This document shows, piece after piece, positions 24,956-39,055 of a stretch of DNA of 64,000 bases. A program made the translations under genes and the position numbers. This DNA comes from Squalus acanthias (lineage: Eukaryota): NCBI GenBank assembly GCA_030390025.1, contig CM059441.1, positions 39,122,001 to 39,186,000 of the forward strand. The letters run 5' to 3'. The notes beneath the pieces were generated by a model. It ran no database searches. It was not told the origin of the DNA and worked only from the letters and a program-made list of their open reading frames with translations. Positions within the stretch are counted from its first letter, which is position 1, and each line of letters begins with the position of its first letter.

Positions 24956-25602
24956 TAAGTTCCTAAGCATTGGCCTTAGAGACAGTCAAGGTTAGCAGCT
25001 AAACATCACAGCGTACTTTAGATTCCAGACACCCATAAGCAACGCCACTGTACATCAGCTAGTACTAAGTGTTTCTGGAGAAGTGTTTTTAGTCCCCTTA
25101 ATTACAAGTAACATCAGCACAAGATCAGCAACAAGTAATCCAAGAGGAACTATACATCTTCATGCATAAAAAAGGATGGTGAAGTAGAGGCAGAAATGTT
25201 GGTTTACACTTCATAAAATAAAAGGGTTTTGATGACAATTATGTACATAATGTGACTGTTCGCAAGAAATAAGTGAAGTACACTATTTAATTGAGTATCT
25301 TAGGCTGAACAATTACTTTGGTAAGAGACTAGCCTAGTAAGGAATGTGGTGCGGTCAATGGGAACAATAACAATAATGATACCTGGTGGGTAACTGGCTC
25401 CAAGCTTCTTCATTCATTGTACTCCATATACTTTTGGAACTTAAAGCACAATAGTGCTTCAGATAGGTGGCACTGTCATTTGAAAAGTATTAAGGCCTGA
25501 AATGAGTACGTCATTTATCGTCCCACACATGGCACACACATTTTGTTTATTGATTGTAGCATTGAGCAAAGCAAAATGCTAGTTCTAGGACTATATACTC
25601 AC

Positions 25603-25728
25603 GTTAGCTTCATAGCCACAAGACTCAAAGATAAGTTTCTCTGGCTGGTGCTGCCAGTTCTGAACAGGAGCATACGGTGTTGCTAAACTTGGTGGCCGAA
25701 GTGTTAATCTCGACTCACGTCGGTCATC
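25603..25728 (-). CDS. ANKS1A: ANKS1A exon, start of PTB domain ([42 protein letters not shown])
   Basis: 126 bp, tttccccag acceptor, GTGAGT donor. [11 protein letters not shown] is the ANKS1A form; ANKS1B is recalled as LIFQSCDYKAF. Confidence 0.96.
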
Positions 25729-25963
25729 CTGGGGAAATGATACAACAAAAACTCGTTGGTACAACATGTCTGCCATCTTAATCAAACTGAACCTATGCAA
25801 TATCCACATCTCAAATGTATCAAGCACAATGCCAAGTTTGGATTGGTCAATGAAACAGAATCTGGGTTCACATATCTGAAAATACCAGAAGTAGCTCAAA
25901 TGGGAATCAGAAACTAGTTGCGAAATTGGAGCTGTAGCGTTTAACAGCAGCACAGGATGAATG

Positions 25964-26061
25964 ATGTGCAGATATAGTGACATCATCAGCAGTCAATGCC
26001 CTTGGAAACACATGTGCAGATATAGTGACATCATCAGCAGTCAATGCCCTTGGAAACACAT
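25964..26061. repeat. Perfect 48-bp tandem duplication
   Basis: ATGTGCAGATATAGTGACATCATCAGCAGTCAATGCCCTTGGAAACAC occurs twice, starting at 25964 and 26012. Confidence 0.95.
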
Positions 26062-27769
26062 TTCATGAAGGAGACACCAATCTGGGTTCACTAGTGAACT
26101 GAATAACAAACATCAGTGCAGTTTGAACCTTAGTAACCTGTTCTTCAAAAATTGCAAACGGCAAGTATGATGTGCAGTGACCAGTGTGAAAAAGCACACG
26201 TTTCTGATGCTACATGGTTTACACTTGGTTAAACTGTTTAATCAGTCTCAAAAGGTTTCCCATATAAAAAAAATTATAGCAAAAAGTTTGTGCTGCAGGG
26301 AGATTTTCTATCCAATTTTCTCCTTGGCCTCCCCCCAATAGTTTTTGTTAAGAGAAGTTTTAAGTTAACATTTTTTAGATGATCAAAGCATTCATATAAA
26401 GATTATTGATATTACCTATATAGTTATTGATATATTTACATAAAACTTTCACACCCATCTCAGTTTAGAGTCACAGATACCAAGAAATCTTTAGGAAAAA
26501 AAGCCAATCACTGCCTGCTGCTGGCAATCTGCAAAGAAGCAATCATCCTCTAAATGACTTTAGGATGTGCCCAACAGGGACTGGCATCGAACTAACCTCA
26601 GAATATGCTTATTTACAGTAGTTAGACAATGTGACCTTAAATGAACAGGCTAAGTTACACCTTAGCAGCAGATTAATCTTATATGGAACAGTGCTGCTAT
26701 CCTTATAAAGCAGCATATCCTTCAACTTTGAACAATTATAGTATTTAATCAATATTGTCACTTTGAGGTTAGATCACACTGAAAATCCATTTTCAAAAAT
26801 TGTAGATATACTCTTGGTGAATTCTTCAGTTTTAAATGAACAAGTCTCAGAGACAGATCTCCTGCTGCTGCACAGCAGTATGAAGTGGGAGTAGACTCAC
26901 AGTCAAATATATTTCCTCCTACCTCTATCCAGCTCACCCTATTTTACCCATACATTTGTCCACCTAATTTAAAACAGGAAAAAGAGAACCTTGCACGATC
27001 GTGTAGACATTTGACTAGTGCAGAGATGGAGAATGCAGCAGGGAAAAAATAATGTAACAGGAGATCATAGAATGCTGCACAGACCTCAAGTGTAATCTAA
27101 AGAAAGAAAATGCTATCTGAGAGTTTGGAAAAGTCAAACATACATTTCAGATGAAATTGGACAGATCGCTTAAAGAATATTGAGATACCACAAATGAATT
27201 TGCATCTTGCACAGGGAGCATGACCCACTGAACTACTGACTTTCCACTGTGGACTCTTGGGTTTGTAGAGTGCACAGTGGAGCTCATGACAGCTGCAAAT
27301 TATGGCAAGCATCGGATGAATAATTAAACATCCAAAAATGTCCAATTATTTAAGCCAGTAATAAAAGCTATACTTTACTGCAAATTACAGCTGAAACAGC
27401 TGTACAAGGCAGCAGAAGAATGAGAAATCCATTCTAATCAAAAAAATGTCACCTATGTGGCTTCAGGAAGAACCAGCTGCAGCTGAATCAGAGTTTTAAA
27501 TGACAACGATTTTGAAATCGTTTGAACAGCAGAGGATTACGTTGTTAAATTTGTATGGACATTTAATTTCGAGTCACCTCATGAATCAACAGGCAAAAAC
27601 AAAGTTTTCAAACATGCGCATGTTCCAATTTATCTGTAATCATCATGACAATTGTTTTTGTTCATGTGTGAAATATGTGAAAAGGTATGTGTTTATCCTT
27701 TGTTATTTACGCTTCCTTGTTTTATAGTTAACATTATTGCTAAATTATGCAATACTAATGGACTTTAAA

Positions 27770-28512
27770 GGCCCGGAATTTGCGGTGGGTAATAACGGTG
27801 AATGAACAACATTCGCCGTTATTTCCCCTCTGAAACCGACCGCAACTTCAAGATTTAACACATTTGCATCTAAACGTGGAAATCCTGAAGTTGCGGTCAT
27901 TCATTGCTCCAACACTGGCTGCGCTGTGGACTCCCCAACCCATAGCTGGCAATCAGTGTAATCAGTAAAACTGACAAAAATTTGGGCTTTACCGCCGTAA
28001 TATCGCTCTGAAATACACCATTAAATGTTAAGACTTGTTGGAATAGGTGTAACTGGGGTTTTAACAGCGTACTGACTGCTAAACAAACGTTATGGCCCTG
28101 AAAAAACTAATTTTTATATTTGAGAGTGTTAAGTTTCATTATGATAAAAATTACAATTTTTTAAAAAAACAATTAAAAAAAAAGTAGTTTGTTCATATTT
28201 CAGGTTCTTCCTTATCCCCACGTGAGAGTCCCAATCTTAATTTCGCGCTCTGTAACATTTTTTAAAAGTCCGGATAAAAGCAGCTTCTCATTTCCTAGTC
28301 TCCTGTCTGTGAGAATTCTGCAATGTTATTGGCTGCTTGGACAGCTTGTTGACGTCACAGCAGCATCGCGCTAGGGATTCTCACTACAGAGCGCTGAAAT
28401 CAAATGAACGTCGAAAAAGGCAAACTTCTCGCCACAGAGATCTCTGTGGGCAGCTTTCTTCGGGGCCAGCCGCGAGCACCTTTGCTTCGCCACTGACCGC
28501 AAATTCCGGGCC
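27770..28512. mobile_element. MITE (PIF/Harbinger-like)
   Basis: Perfect 17-bp TIR GGCCCGGAATTTGCGGT / ACCGCAAATTCCGGGCC, flanks AAA and AAT. Interior related to 191-919. Confidence 0.85.
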
Positions 28513-29040
28513 AATATATTTACTTGCCATCACTTGGAAGGTGACATGCTCCAGTTATAAGTGCCACATTCATTTCTCTGGTACTGAGAAAATGCTGCTC
28601 ATTTGAAACCCAACTTTTGTGAAGACTCTGCATTTATTTTAAAAGGTCTCTGGGACAGAACCGTGATATCTGCAGTGCTGTTTTGTTTTTTTACTGTAAA
28701 ATAACAATTTTGAAAATTCTTAGGAATGTCACCATCATTGCAACATACAAACATATAAAAGAGACAGGGGCAGACTCTTCAGTCCATCACACCTGGCCCA
28801 TCCAGACATGGCTCAGCCAATGCCGCAACACCCTGCAAGCAGCAGCACAGTTACACAAATCTGGAAGATGAAGGCAACGAGTCCAAGGAGGTATTACTCA
28901 AAGAGCACAGGCGAGGAGGAACAAGTGATTGTATCAGAGGAAGAGCTTGAACCTACTAGTCACCTTTAAGGATGCCCATGCTTTGGGAAATGCAGCTAAC
29001 ATTAGGCAGCATGTCTCTCTCCTCTCATTAAGAAAGATGA

Positions 29041-29858
29041 AATCATAGAATGATACAGCAACGAAGGAAGCCATTTGGTTCATCATGCCTGTGCTGGCTG
29101 TTTGAAATGTTCCTCTTCGAGTATTTATCCAATTCCCTTTTGAAAGTTATTATTGAATCTGCTTCCACCACCCTTTCAGGCAGTGCATTCCAGATCATAA
29201 GTCGCTGCATAAAAAATATTCTCCTCAACACGCCTCTGCTTCTTTTACCAATTACCTTAAATCTGTGTCCTCTGGTTACTGACCCTTCTGCCACTGGAAA
29301 CAGTTTCGCCTTATTTACTCTATCAAAACCCTTCATGATTTTGAATATGTCTATTAAATCTCCCCTTAACCGTTTCTGCTCTAAGGAGAACAATCCAAGC
29401 TTCTCTAGTTTCACCATGTAACTGAAGTCCCACATCCCTGGTACCATTCTAGTAAATCTCTTCTGCACCCTCTCTGAGGCCTCGACATCCTTCCTGAAGT
29501 GTGGTGCCCAGAATTGGACACAATACTTTAGCTGGGGCCTTATCAGTGTTGTATAAAGGTGTTGAATAACTTCCTTGCTTTTGTATTCTATGCTTCTGTT
29601 TATAAAGTCAAGGATCTTTAAAAGATATACCTTTTTAACAGCCTTCTCAACTGCCAGCTTCAAAGATTTCTGTACGTACACCCCCAGGTCTCTCTGTTCC
29701 TGCACCCGCTTTAACATTGTACCATTTACTTCATATTGTCTCTCCTCATTCTTCCTACCAAAATGAATCACTTCACATTTCTCTGCATTAAATTTCATCT
29801 GCCATGTGTCTGCCCCTTTCACTAGTCTGTCTATGTCCTTCTGGAGTCTGTTACTATC
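29041..29858 (-). mobile_element. CR1 LINE 3' fragment
   Basis: ORF 29043-29978 contains WQMKFNAEKCEVIHFG, LYTTLIRPQLKYC and RLRGDLI. Confidence 0.93.
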
Positions 29859-29951
29859 AAAGCTACCAAAATGCATGAAATAGATAGCTATGCTGACCAA
29901 TGCATCAACCAGTGGCATCAAAACTCTGTGGGAAGCACATTGGCTAATGCT

Positions 29952-30605
29952 GGGCCATAATTTGCTGTAGCAGGGCATCCAACCGTGTCTGCCGTTAGTT
30001 AGACTTGCCCTTGCACGTTTAAGATTTTAAAGTTGTTGCATGGCAAGTTGCGAAAAGTGTGAGCTGATAACGGCACAGTGAGGGAAAAGGGGCATCTGGG
30101 ACCTGAGTGAAAAGGGCAAGCAATTGTGTATCTTCTTAACCAGAGTGAATGATTGGGAAATAAACAGTGCAAGGACTGAGAAGGAAATATAAATTAGAGT
30201 AGGTGAATTCAATGTCAAATCAGATATACATGAAGGAATGAGACTTCACACTTGTAATGATTAATTTTCAGTGCCAGAGAGGTTGATTGTCAGTAATTAA
30301 CAGTTATCACATCGTTAAAAGGGTACTTGCACTTGAAATGACAAGACTTCTGTGGCAAGTTTAGTTCATATCTACCACACAAATACAGGAAATTCACGCC
30401 ATTCAATGCATTTCAATGGTGAGGCAGACAGCAAGATGCTGTTTTCGCAAACCTAATGGCAAAGCAGCGCAACTCGGACAGCAACTTTTGGATATTCGCG
30501 TTTAGCTACTCATCTGCCCCTTGCCTGAAGTTGCTGTACCATTTACGCATAAATAACGGCAAGCGCCATTAGTCTCACTATTCTTTTGACAACAAGTTCT
30601 GGCCC
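29952..30605. mobile_element. MITE of the same family as 191-919
   Basis: Termini GGGCCATAATTTGCTG / CAACAAGTTCTGGCCC. Shared internal block GAAGGAATGAGACT...CAGTGCCAGAGAGGTTG. Confidence 0.72.
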
Positions 30606-32494
30606 AATGTCGATGCTGGACTGGAAGAAGTCAAAGTCAAAAAAGTTCTATGCCCTGTTAACCTTGCTTGCCAACAACAGTGCAATAACAGCGTCATCAA
30701 TGCAATCTTAGTCCATAACAGACACTGTTCCTCAAACAAGTCCAGTTAAATTGCCACTGCCTGAAAATGCAGTTTGTAGGGTAATCCTCCTCTGGTGCAA
30801 CCGTAAGTGGCTGGTATCATTCCATTCTTCCTTCAGAAACCAACTTTAGTGTGATTCCCGCAATTTGTAGAACCAAATCAAAACATGGTGGTGCCACAAC
30901 CCATGGAACAAAAACATTTCATTGAGTGGCCAAAAAATAAAATGCTTGCATAAAAACAGCACTAATTGGTTACTATAAATCATTTTTACATCCAGCACAG
31001 CACCTAGCTCATCTGGAATACCTATTTCATCTGGAACACCTATTTCATAAGGGATGAACTGATGCAATAGTGCTCATCTGGTGTGAATGTCAGCAAATTG
31101 CATGGACATCCAAGTGACACCATAATCACCTGGTCCATATATCACAATTTTGCAGCCATCAAACCGAGAAAATCTGCATGATATAAGTTAAAGGAAGAGA
31201 TCTGGTGTAACTGATCTACGCCCATATTTCCCAATCGATTACACTTTAATTATAACTATCTATTGGATGTAACCAATTGCAAAATCTGCACCATTAAATC
31301 CAGTAATGTGAGGGAGCTGAATAAACATGAACAGTTCAATTGAACACTCAAGCAAAGTCAGTCAAAGATCACTTTTTACTGATGGCAATTCAGCTCCATC
31401 ATACTCCACCGCAACTTTATGCTCATTCCCATGAAGTTACCAGCATTTACTGGTTAAGTAAAGATCTTCAATAAAACAAAAAGACTTAAAGACATGAAAA
31501 AATAAAAAAGGATATTAAATTAATTTTTATTGATTTAATTTCAAAAATGAGCACACATACTTATATAGCAAGAGTCCTCCGAAGTCCCAATTTTGGTTAA
31601 CGTCTCCCTGTGCAAATGTTTACTAGTGGTTTTAAGAGGAACAAACATTGTGAGGTCATGAAACATTAAAACTAGGCATTGAATAATGAGAATAAAACCT
31701 TATTGCGGCTTCTCTGTATATAAATCTAGTCATATAAAAGAAACTGAGTGAAATGTCAAATCAAATATTATTGGTCATTGAAATCTTTGGTGAAATTTTA
31801 AGGAAACTGCATAAACTTACTGAAAGGTAGTTATGTCAATTCAATCACTATCCAGGTACTATGTTGAATAAAGGACGCTGTCTCTTTAAATCCAGTATTG
31901 ATTTATCAACGCAGTTTGACATTTACGGTTTGTGAAGCACATTTCATTCTATGATTAATGGCACCACTAAGTTATCCTACAACCCTTGCCAAGGACAGAA
32001 TGAAAAATGTTCACCGTATCACAACTACTTACTACCCTACTGACCTATTACCATGGGGCTTTAATCCTTAATTTTTTATTTAGGTACCTTTACTACAATG
32101 TGTATATGCTGCATTATGAATTTTTATCCATACATGGAACAATTCAGTAGCTAGATATTGAATGAAGGGAATATTAAACAGTTCAATTAGCCAGCTAAAG
32201 GATTTTACCATCACATTGTCAGTTTCCGTTCTGTGGACTATTTTAGACCATTTTGCTGGAAATAATAATGCTAATTTTGCAGCGTATAGACCACATATGT
32301 AAACTGAATACATAGAACATAAGCATACAGCATTATATCATGCATCATACAATTTTATACCGTCATAACTGTCAGACAGCTTGTGTGTGAGTATGTCATG
32401 GGGCTGGCTCTGTGATCAGTATCAATTACATAATTTTTAAATTTATTGTAGGCAATAAAAATATAAAACTTAATTAAAAAATGCAAGATGTAGA

Positions 32495-34904
32495 CTAATA
32501 CCCTTTCAATCTCCAACCTCCCTTACCTCTCCAAAGTCCTTGAATGTGTTGTCGCCTCCCAAATCCATGCCCATCTTTCCACAACTCCACGTTTGACTCC
32601 CTCCAATTAGGTATCCGCCCCACCCCAGTACTGAAATGGACCCTGATTAAAGTCACAAATGACATCCTATGTGACCGTGATAAACTATCCCTCCACATCC
32701 TCATCATAGAATAGTACAGCACAGAAGGAGGCCATTCGGCCCATTGGGTCTGCGCTGGCTCTTTCGAAGAGCAATCCAGTTAGTCTCACTACTCGGCTCT
32801 TTTCCCATATCCCAGCAATTTTTTCTCCTTCCCCTTCTTAACCTGTCTGCAACCTTTTACACGGTTGACTACATCATCCTCCTCCAAAGCCTCTCCATCG
32901 TCCTCCAGCTGGGTGGAACTGCCCTCTTACCTATCCAGTCATAGCCAGAGAATCACCTGCAATGGCTTCTCCCCGCTCCCGCACCGTTTCCTCTGGAGCC
33001 CCCAAGGATCTATCCTTGGTTCCCTCCTATTTCTCATCTACATGCTCCTCCTCAGTGATATCATCCACAAACACTGCTTCTCCGACATCCAGTACTGGAT
33101 GAGCAGAAATTTCCTCCAATTAAATATTGGGAAGACTGAAGCCATTGATAAGGGAACTAAATGTAATATCTCCAAGTTTGCAGATGACACAAAGCTGGGT
33201 GGGAGTGTGTGCTGCGAGGAGGATACCGAGAAACTCCAGGATGATTTGGACAGGTTGGGTGAGTGGGCAGAAGCGTGGCAGATGCAATATAACGTGGATA
33301 AGTGCGAGGTTATCCACTTTGGTGTCAAAAACAGAAAGGCAGACTATTATCTGAATGGCAATAGATTGGGAGAAGGGGAAGTGCAATGAGACCTGGGTGT
33401 CCTTGTGCACCAGTCGCTGAAAGTAAGCATGCAGGTGCAGCAGGCGGTGAAGAAGGCAAATAGTATGTTGGTCTTCATAGCGAAAGGGTTTGAGTATAGG
33501 AACAGGGATGTCCTGCTGCAGTTGTACAGGGCCTTGGTGAGACCACACCTTGAGTACTGTGTGCAGTTTTGGTCGCCTTATCTGAGGAAGGATGTTCTTG
33601 CCATGGAAGGAGTTCAGCGAAGATTCACAAGGCTGGTACCTGGGATGGCAGGAATGACATATGAGGAAAGATTGGGTCGATTGGGCTTATACTCGCTGGA
33701 GTATAGAAGAATGAGAGGGGATCTCATCGAAACATATAAAATTCTGACAGGTCTGGACAAACTAGATGCAGGAAGAATGTTCCCGATGGTCGGTGAGTCC
33801 AGAACCAGGGGTCATAATCTAAGGATAACGGGTAAGCCATTTAGGACAGAAATGAGGAAGAATTTCTTCACCCAGAGAGTGGTGAACCTGTGGAATTCTC
33901 TACCACAGAAGGTAGTTGAGGCCAAGTCATTAAATATATTCAAGAATGAGTTAGATATATTTCTTAAAGCTAAAGGTATCAAGGGATATGGGGAGAAGGC
34001 AGGTACAGGGTACTGAGTTTGGATGATCAGCCATGATCTCATCGAATGGCGGAGCAGGCTCGAGGGGCCGAATGGCCTACTCCTGCTCCTATCTTCTATG
34101 TTTCTATGTCTTCGGTCGCCACCACAAACTCCGTTCCCTGGCCACTGACTCCATCCCTCTCCCTGGCAACTGTCTTAGGCTAAACCAAACCGTTCGCAAC
34201 CTCGGTGTCGTATTTGACCCCGAGATGAGCTTCCGACCACATATCCGCTCCATTACCACGACCGCCTAGTTGCACTTCCATAACATCGCCCAACCTGTAC
34301 CCCTGCCTCAGCTCATCTGCTGCTGAAACCCTCGTCCTTGCCTTTGCTACCACTATTGACTATTCCAATGCTTTCCTGGTCAGCCTCCCAACTTCCATCT
34401 TGCATAAACTTGAGCTCATCCAAAACTCTGCTGCCTGTATTCTAACTCACACCAAGTCCCATTCACCCATCACCCCTTTGCTTGTTGACCTACATTGGCT
34501 CCCGGTCTAGCAACGCCTCAATTTTAAAATTTTCATTCTTGTTTTCAAATCCTTCCATGGCGTCGCCCCTCCCTATCTCTAACGTCCTCCAGCACTACAA
34601 CCCTTCGAGATCACTGCGCTCCACTAATTCTGGCCTCTTGCGCATCCCCGATTTTAATTGCTCCACCATCGGCAGCTGTGCCTTCAGCTGCCAAGGCCTT
34701 AAGCTCTGGAATTGCCTCCCTATACCTCTCCATCTCTCTCTCCTCAGTTAATAAGCTCCTTAAAACCTTTGACCAAGCTTTTGGTCATCTGTCATAATAG
34801 CTCATGCGGCTCGGTGTCAAATTTTGTTTGATAACGCTCCTGTGAAGCACCTTGGGACGCTTTACTACGTTAAGGGTGGTATAGAAATGCAAGTTGTTGT
34901 TGTT
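32495..34904 (+). mobile_element. L2-like LINE (disrupted), host to nested insertions
   Basis: RT motifs PQGSILG and NFLQLNIGKTEA, tail AAATGCAAG(TTG)n. Also carries a minus-strand CR1-type tail at about 32704-32825. Confidence 0.85.
33148..34108 (+). mobile_element. Younger CR1 3' fragment nested in the L2-like element
   Basis: KFADDTKL and YRALVRPHLEYC with one premature stop near 33387, tail TTCTATGTTTCTATG. The host frame KTEAI|VFG rejoins across the insert. Confidence 0.93.
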
Positions 34905-37887
34905 ATAATACAAGACCCTAGCTAACAACCAACACAAAAGTTGCTGTCTCTTTAAAGAAGGGTCTGACATTTTCCCCTATAAAATTGCTTTTTTATTTAT
35001 ATATTCAATTACATCCAACTGCTAATAAATATACACTGAAGGATATGACTCAACTGTTCCTCCAAGTAGGAGTATTCCCTAATGATAAGTTTACATTGCA
35101 GTCGATGAGAAGTGATTAGAATTTAGATCTTTATGGGAGGCTTCAAAAAAAAAAAAATTCTACAGGAAGAGGAAAATAAAACAAAAACATGGTGGGTGCT
35201 TTATGTTGCTGGGACCTTGCTGGAGTCACCGGAGGGGGTGGGCAGACAGAAGGCAAGGAAGGAAGAGCAAAGAAGAAAAATACTGTAAGGAGACAAATAG
35301 TAATTTAAAAAAATCTGTTCATGCAGAAACCTATTTGATAAAACTTTAAATTGCACAAGGTTTGTCACATCACCTTGTAATTCATTTGCAATACTTATTG
35401 TGCTTCAGTATGTATCCATATCACAGTTGCAAATCTGTTGATATCCATCTCAATATTTGCCTGAAAAGCTAATTGTTTGTATTGTGCATTCACAACTGTG
35501 TTATGCCATAGCCTAAAAGGAAACGCAATCAAAAGACAAAAACATTCAAAATGGTCATTTATAATTGGGACTTTATATGATTTCAACTTCTCTTGTAGTC
35601 AGTTGTTTAGAATGTAGACTTGCAATTTAACACAGCAGCCGAAGTATCTAAATATTTGGCTGTAAGATATGGTCCATGGCAGTCCCAGGTAATGGGGTGG
35701 ACTTACATCCCTGTTCTCATCCTTCTCATGTGCTGGTCATATGGTGGAAAACCAATCCTAAACTATCAGAGCTCTTCTGTGAACCTTCAGAAATTTGGAC
35801 TGAGTGGCTTCAAATAGCCACGGTTCATTTTTCAGCTGGAAAGGCAACTGCCAAAAATCTCCCAGGAAAATATCAACTTTCCCTGAAGAGCCACATCAAT
35901 GGATCAGTCATATTTCATACATATACTGTAAATTACAGAATAAAAGCATATAAATGTAATTTTTATCTTACAAAACTGTACTCCTGCTGTCCAAACCAAG
36001 GAGGATTCAATCATCTTTACTAATTATTCCTGGTACAGTGAAATGGGTAAGCATCTCTATGGATTACAATCTAAAACCTTACAACTGACTCACGATTGCA
36101 AGTCTAATTTCAGATAAACTTGGTGAGTTTTTGTTCAGTGAAGTACACTTTCCCAGGGGAAGGTGGAGGGTCAAAAAAAAAACCTGAAACCTTAAACAAT
36201 CACAAATTGAGATTGGCAGCAGTCAAAACCGTTCTTGCAAGCTGTATGGAAATGGGAAAAATGTAAAGTGTAATTTAAAAAAATAAATGAGCACATTACA
36301 AAACAGGCACGTTTATTTAATCTTTCCCTTTAGAAATAAAATATGGTACATTGCTGACAATAAGGTAGATGATAATGAAACACACAAACCTATGAATACA
36401 GTATTTGAATAAATGGAAGATTTGACTTTGGGGATGATGTAAATGTGCTCCCATGGTACAATGTCCAGCTGTTGAGTATGAGTGTTCTTCGTAAATTATG
36501 GGACCTAACAGCTGTGCCTTCAACAACAAACCACTATGACAAATCTTAGTCATTCATCATCTAACATTCAGCATCTTAATAATGAAAACCTCCAAAAGGT
36601 TTCAACAGCTTCATTTGTATTAATAATTTTATCTGTGATTAAATCCCAAATGATGCAGATCTGACAATTTGGAAGAGACTTCATTTTTAGACAATTCTTG
36701 AGCATTTCGGCTTCCCTGAATAATGATCTGGAGCAAGAATCCTGGCTAACTTTTATCCTTCCCATGCCTTTTGACTCTGAAATGAAATGTAGCCCTTCTA
36801 CTGTTCTCTCAGCTAAGATTGGCGAATCCAGCACAAGTGACAAATTAAACATGACAACTTTAATGACAAATATATCTTACCTATGTAGGAACAGATATTT
36901 TTGTCCCTCCCCAAGAATGATGCATTTGAACTTGAGATTGGACTGAGATGTAAAATAATTGGTGCATGTTCCAAAGGGGCATTGGCCAAGCTATAACGTA
37001 TTGTTCTTCATGAAATACACATCAACGAAAAGCACTTGCACCTTAAATCTGCTCTGACCTAAAGAAGACAAACTACCAACAGTGCCATTAAACTTATACT
37101 GGTCTCTGATTATGCCTTCTTTCTGTAATCTGAATTACAGTGCTTTTATACACCATCACCTAGATCTTGATAAATGAATCCAGATGAAATATCTCTAATC
37201 GCTGTGAAGTTCTTGTTTAATTAGGCCTTTTATGTAACAGAAAAAGTAGGGATAAGAGTCCCTAACACTTCTCATATCTTTGAAACCACAGTACACAGAG
37301 CAATATTCAGTAGCAAAAATGTAATAAACTGCACAGCATCATGTCCTAGAACACAAATAGGGATGAAAAGTCCTATCTTGGAAAAGATCAAAATAAAACC
37401 AGAATTAAACTTCAGATGAATGATTTACAGATCCAAAAAAACTGTTCTGTGAAAAGCGCAATAATATGAAGTCTACTGTAATTCCTATAAGCAGTGTACT
37501 GCAGTTGGCCAGTTTTCTTCTATGCTGTACAGTGACAGCAAGGGCAATATTTTAACTTAAAATTAAATATACACGGTCTTGAATTTCAACTTGCTTAAAA
37601 TGAAATCAATGAGGTTGAAAACGATTTGGTACAATTAGCATTGGGTTTATCATAAGGGTAATAAGTTGAAGAAATCAGTTCTTTTCAGGAGGAAATATAG
37701 CAAAGATATTGTGGATATGCTAATCCTGCAATTATTTACATTGTATATATAGGGTTCCTAGCTTTTGTGTGAAACTGAATGCAGTAGAATGGATCAAGCA
37801 TGTAATTTCCACAAAAAAAAAGTTATGCCATATTTTGCCAGGAAACTTGTGGCTAAGAGGTTTGTGTTTGCTTATAAATACCTTTAC

Positions 37888-39055
37888 AACACCAACTTGT
37901 ATTTACATCACGCCTTTAATGTAGTAAAACGTCCCAAGGTGCTTCACAGGAGCATGATAAAACAAAATTTGACACCGAGCAACTTAAGGAGTTATTAGAG
38001 CAGAAAAAGAGGTAGGTTTTAAGGAGCATCTTAAAGGAGGAAAGAGGTAAAGAAGCTGTGAGGTATAGGGAGGGAATTCCAGAGCTTAGTGGCTTGGTAG
38101 CTGAAGGCACGACCACCAATGGTTGAGCGATTATAATCAGGGATGCTCAAGAGGCCAGAATTAGAGGAGTGCAGATATCTCAGAGGGTTGTGGGACTGGA
38201 GCAGATTACAGAGATAGGGAGGGATTTGAAAACGTGGATGAGAATTTTAAAATCGAGGCGTTGCTAAACCAGGAGCCAATTTAGATCAGTGAGCACAGGG
38301 GTGATGGGTGAACTGGACTTGGTGTGAGTTAGAACAGGGGCAGCAGAGTTTTGGATGACCTCAAGTTTACAGAGGGTAGATTGTGGGAGGCTAGCCAGGA
38401 GTGCGTTGGAATAGTCAAGTCTAGAGGTAACAAAGGCATGGATGAGGGTTTCAGCAGCAGATGAGCTGAGACAGGGGCAGAGTCAGGTGATGTTCCGGAG
38501 GTGGAAATAGGCAGTCTTAGTGATGGCGCAGATATGTGGTTGGAAGGTCATTTCGGGGTCAAATATGACATCAAGGTTGCAAACAGACTGGTTCAGTCTC
38601 CGACAGATGCCAGGGAGAGGGATGGAGTTGGTGGCTAGGGAACAGAGTTTGTGGTGGGGACCGAGACGATTGCTTCGGTCTTCATAATATTTAGTTGGGA
38701 GGAAATTTCTGCTCATGAATGTCGGACAAGTAGTCTGACAATTTAGAGACAGTGGAGGGGTTGAGAGAAGTGGTGGTGAGGTAGAGCTGGGTGCCCTCAG
38801 CATACATGTGAAAACTGACGTCATGTTTTCGGATGATGTCGCCGAGGGGCAACATGTAGATGAGAATTGGAGGGGGCCGAGGAAAGATTCTTGGGGAACA
38901 CCAGAGGTAACGGTGCGGTAGCGGGAAGAGAAGCCATTGCAGATGATTCTCTGGCTACAATTTGATTGATAACAATGGAACCAGGCGGCTGCAGTCCCAC
39001 CCAGCTGGACGACGGTGGGGAGGCGTTGGAGGAGGATGGTGTGGTCAACCGTATC
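37888..39055 (-). mobile_element. L2-like LINE 3' fragment
   Basis: Motifs DTVDHTILL, VTSGVPQ and KTAYFHLRNI. Same tail as 34800-34904, inverted. Confidence 0.88.
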
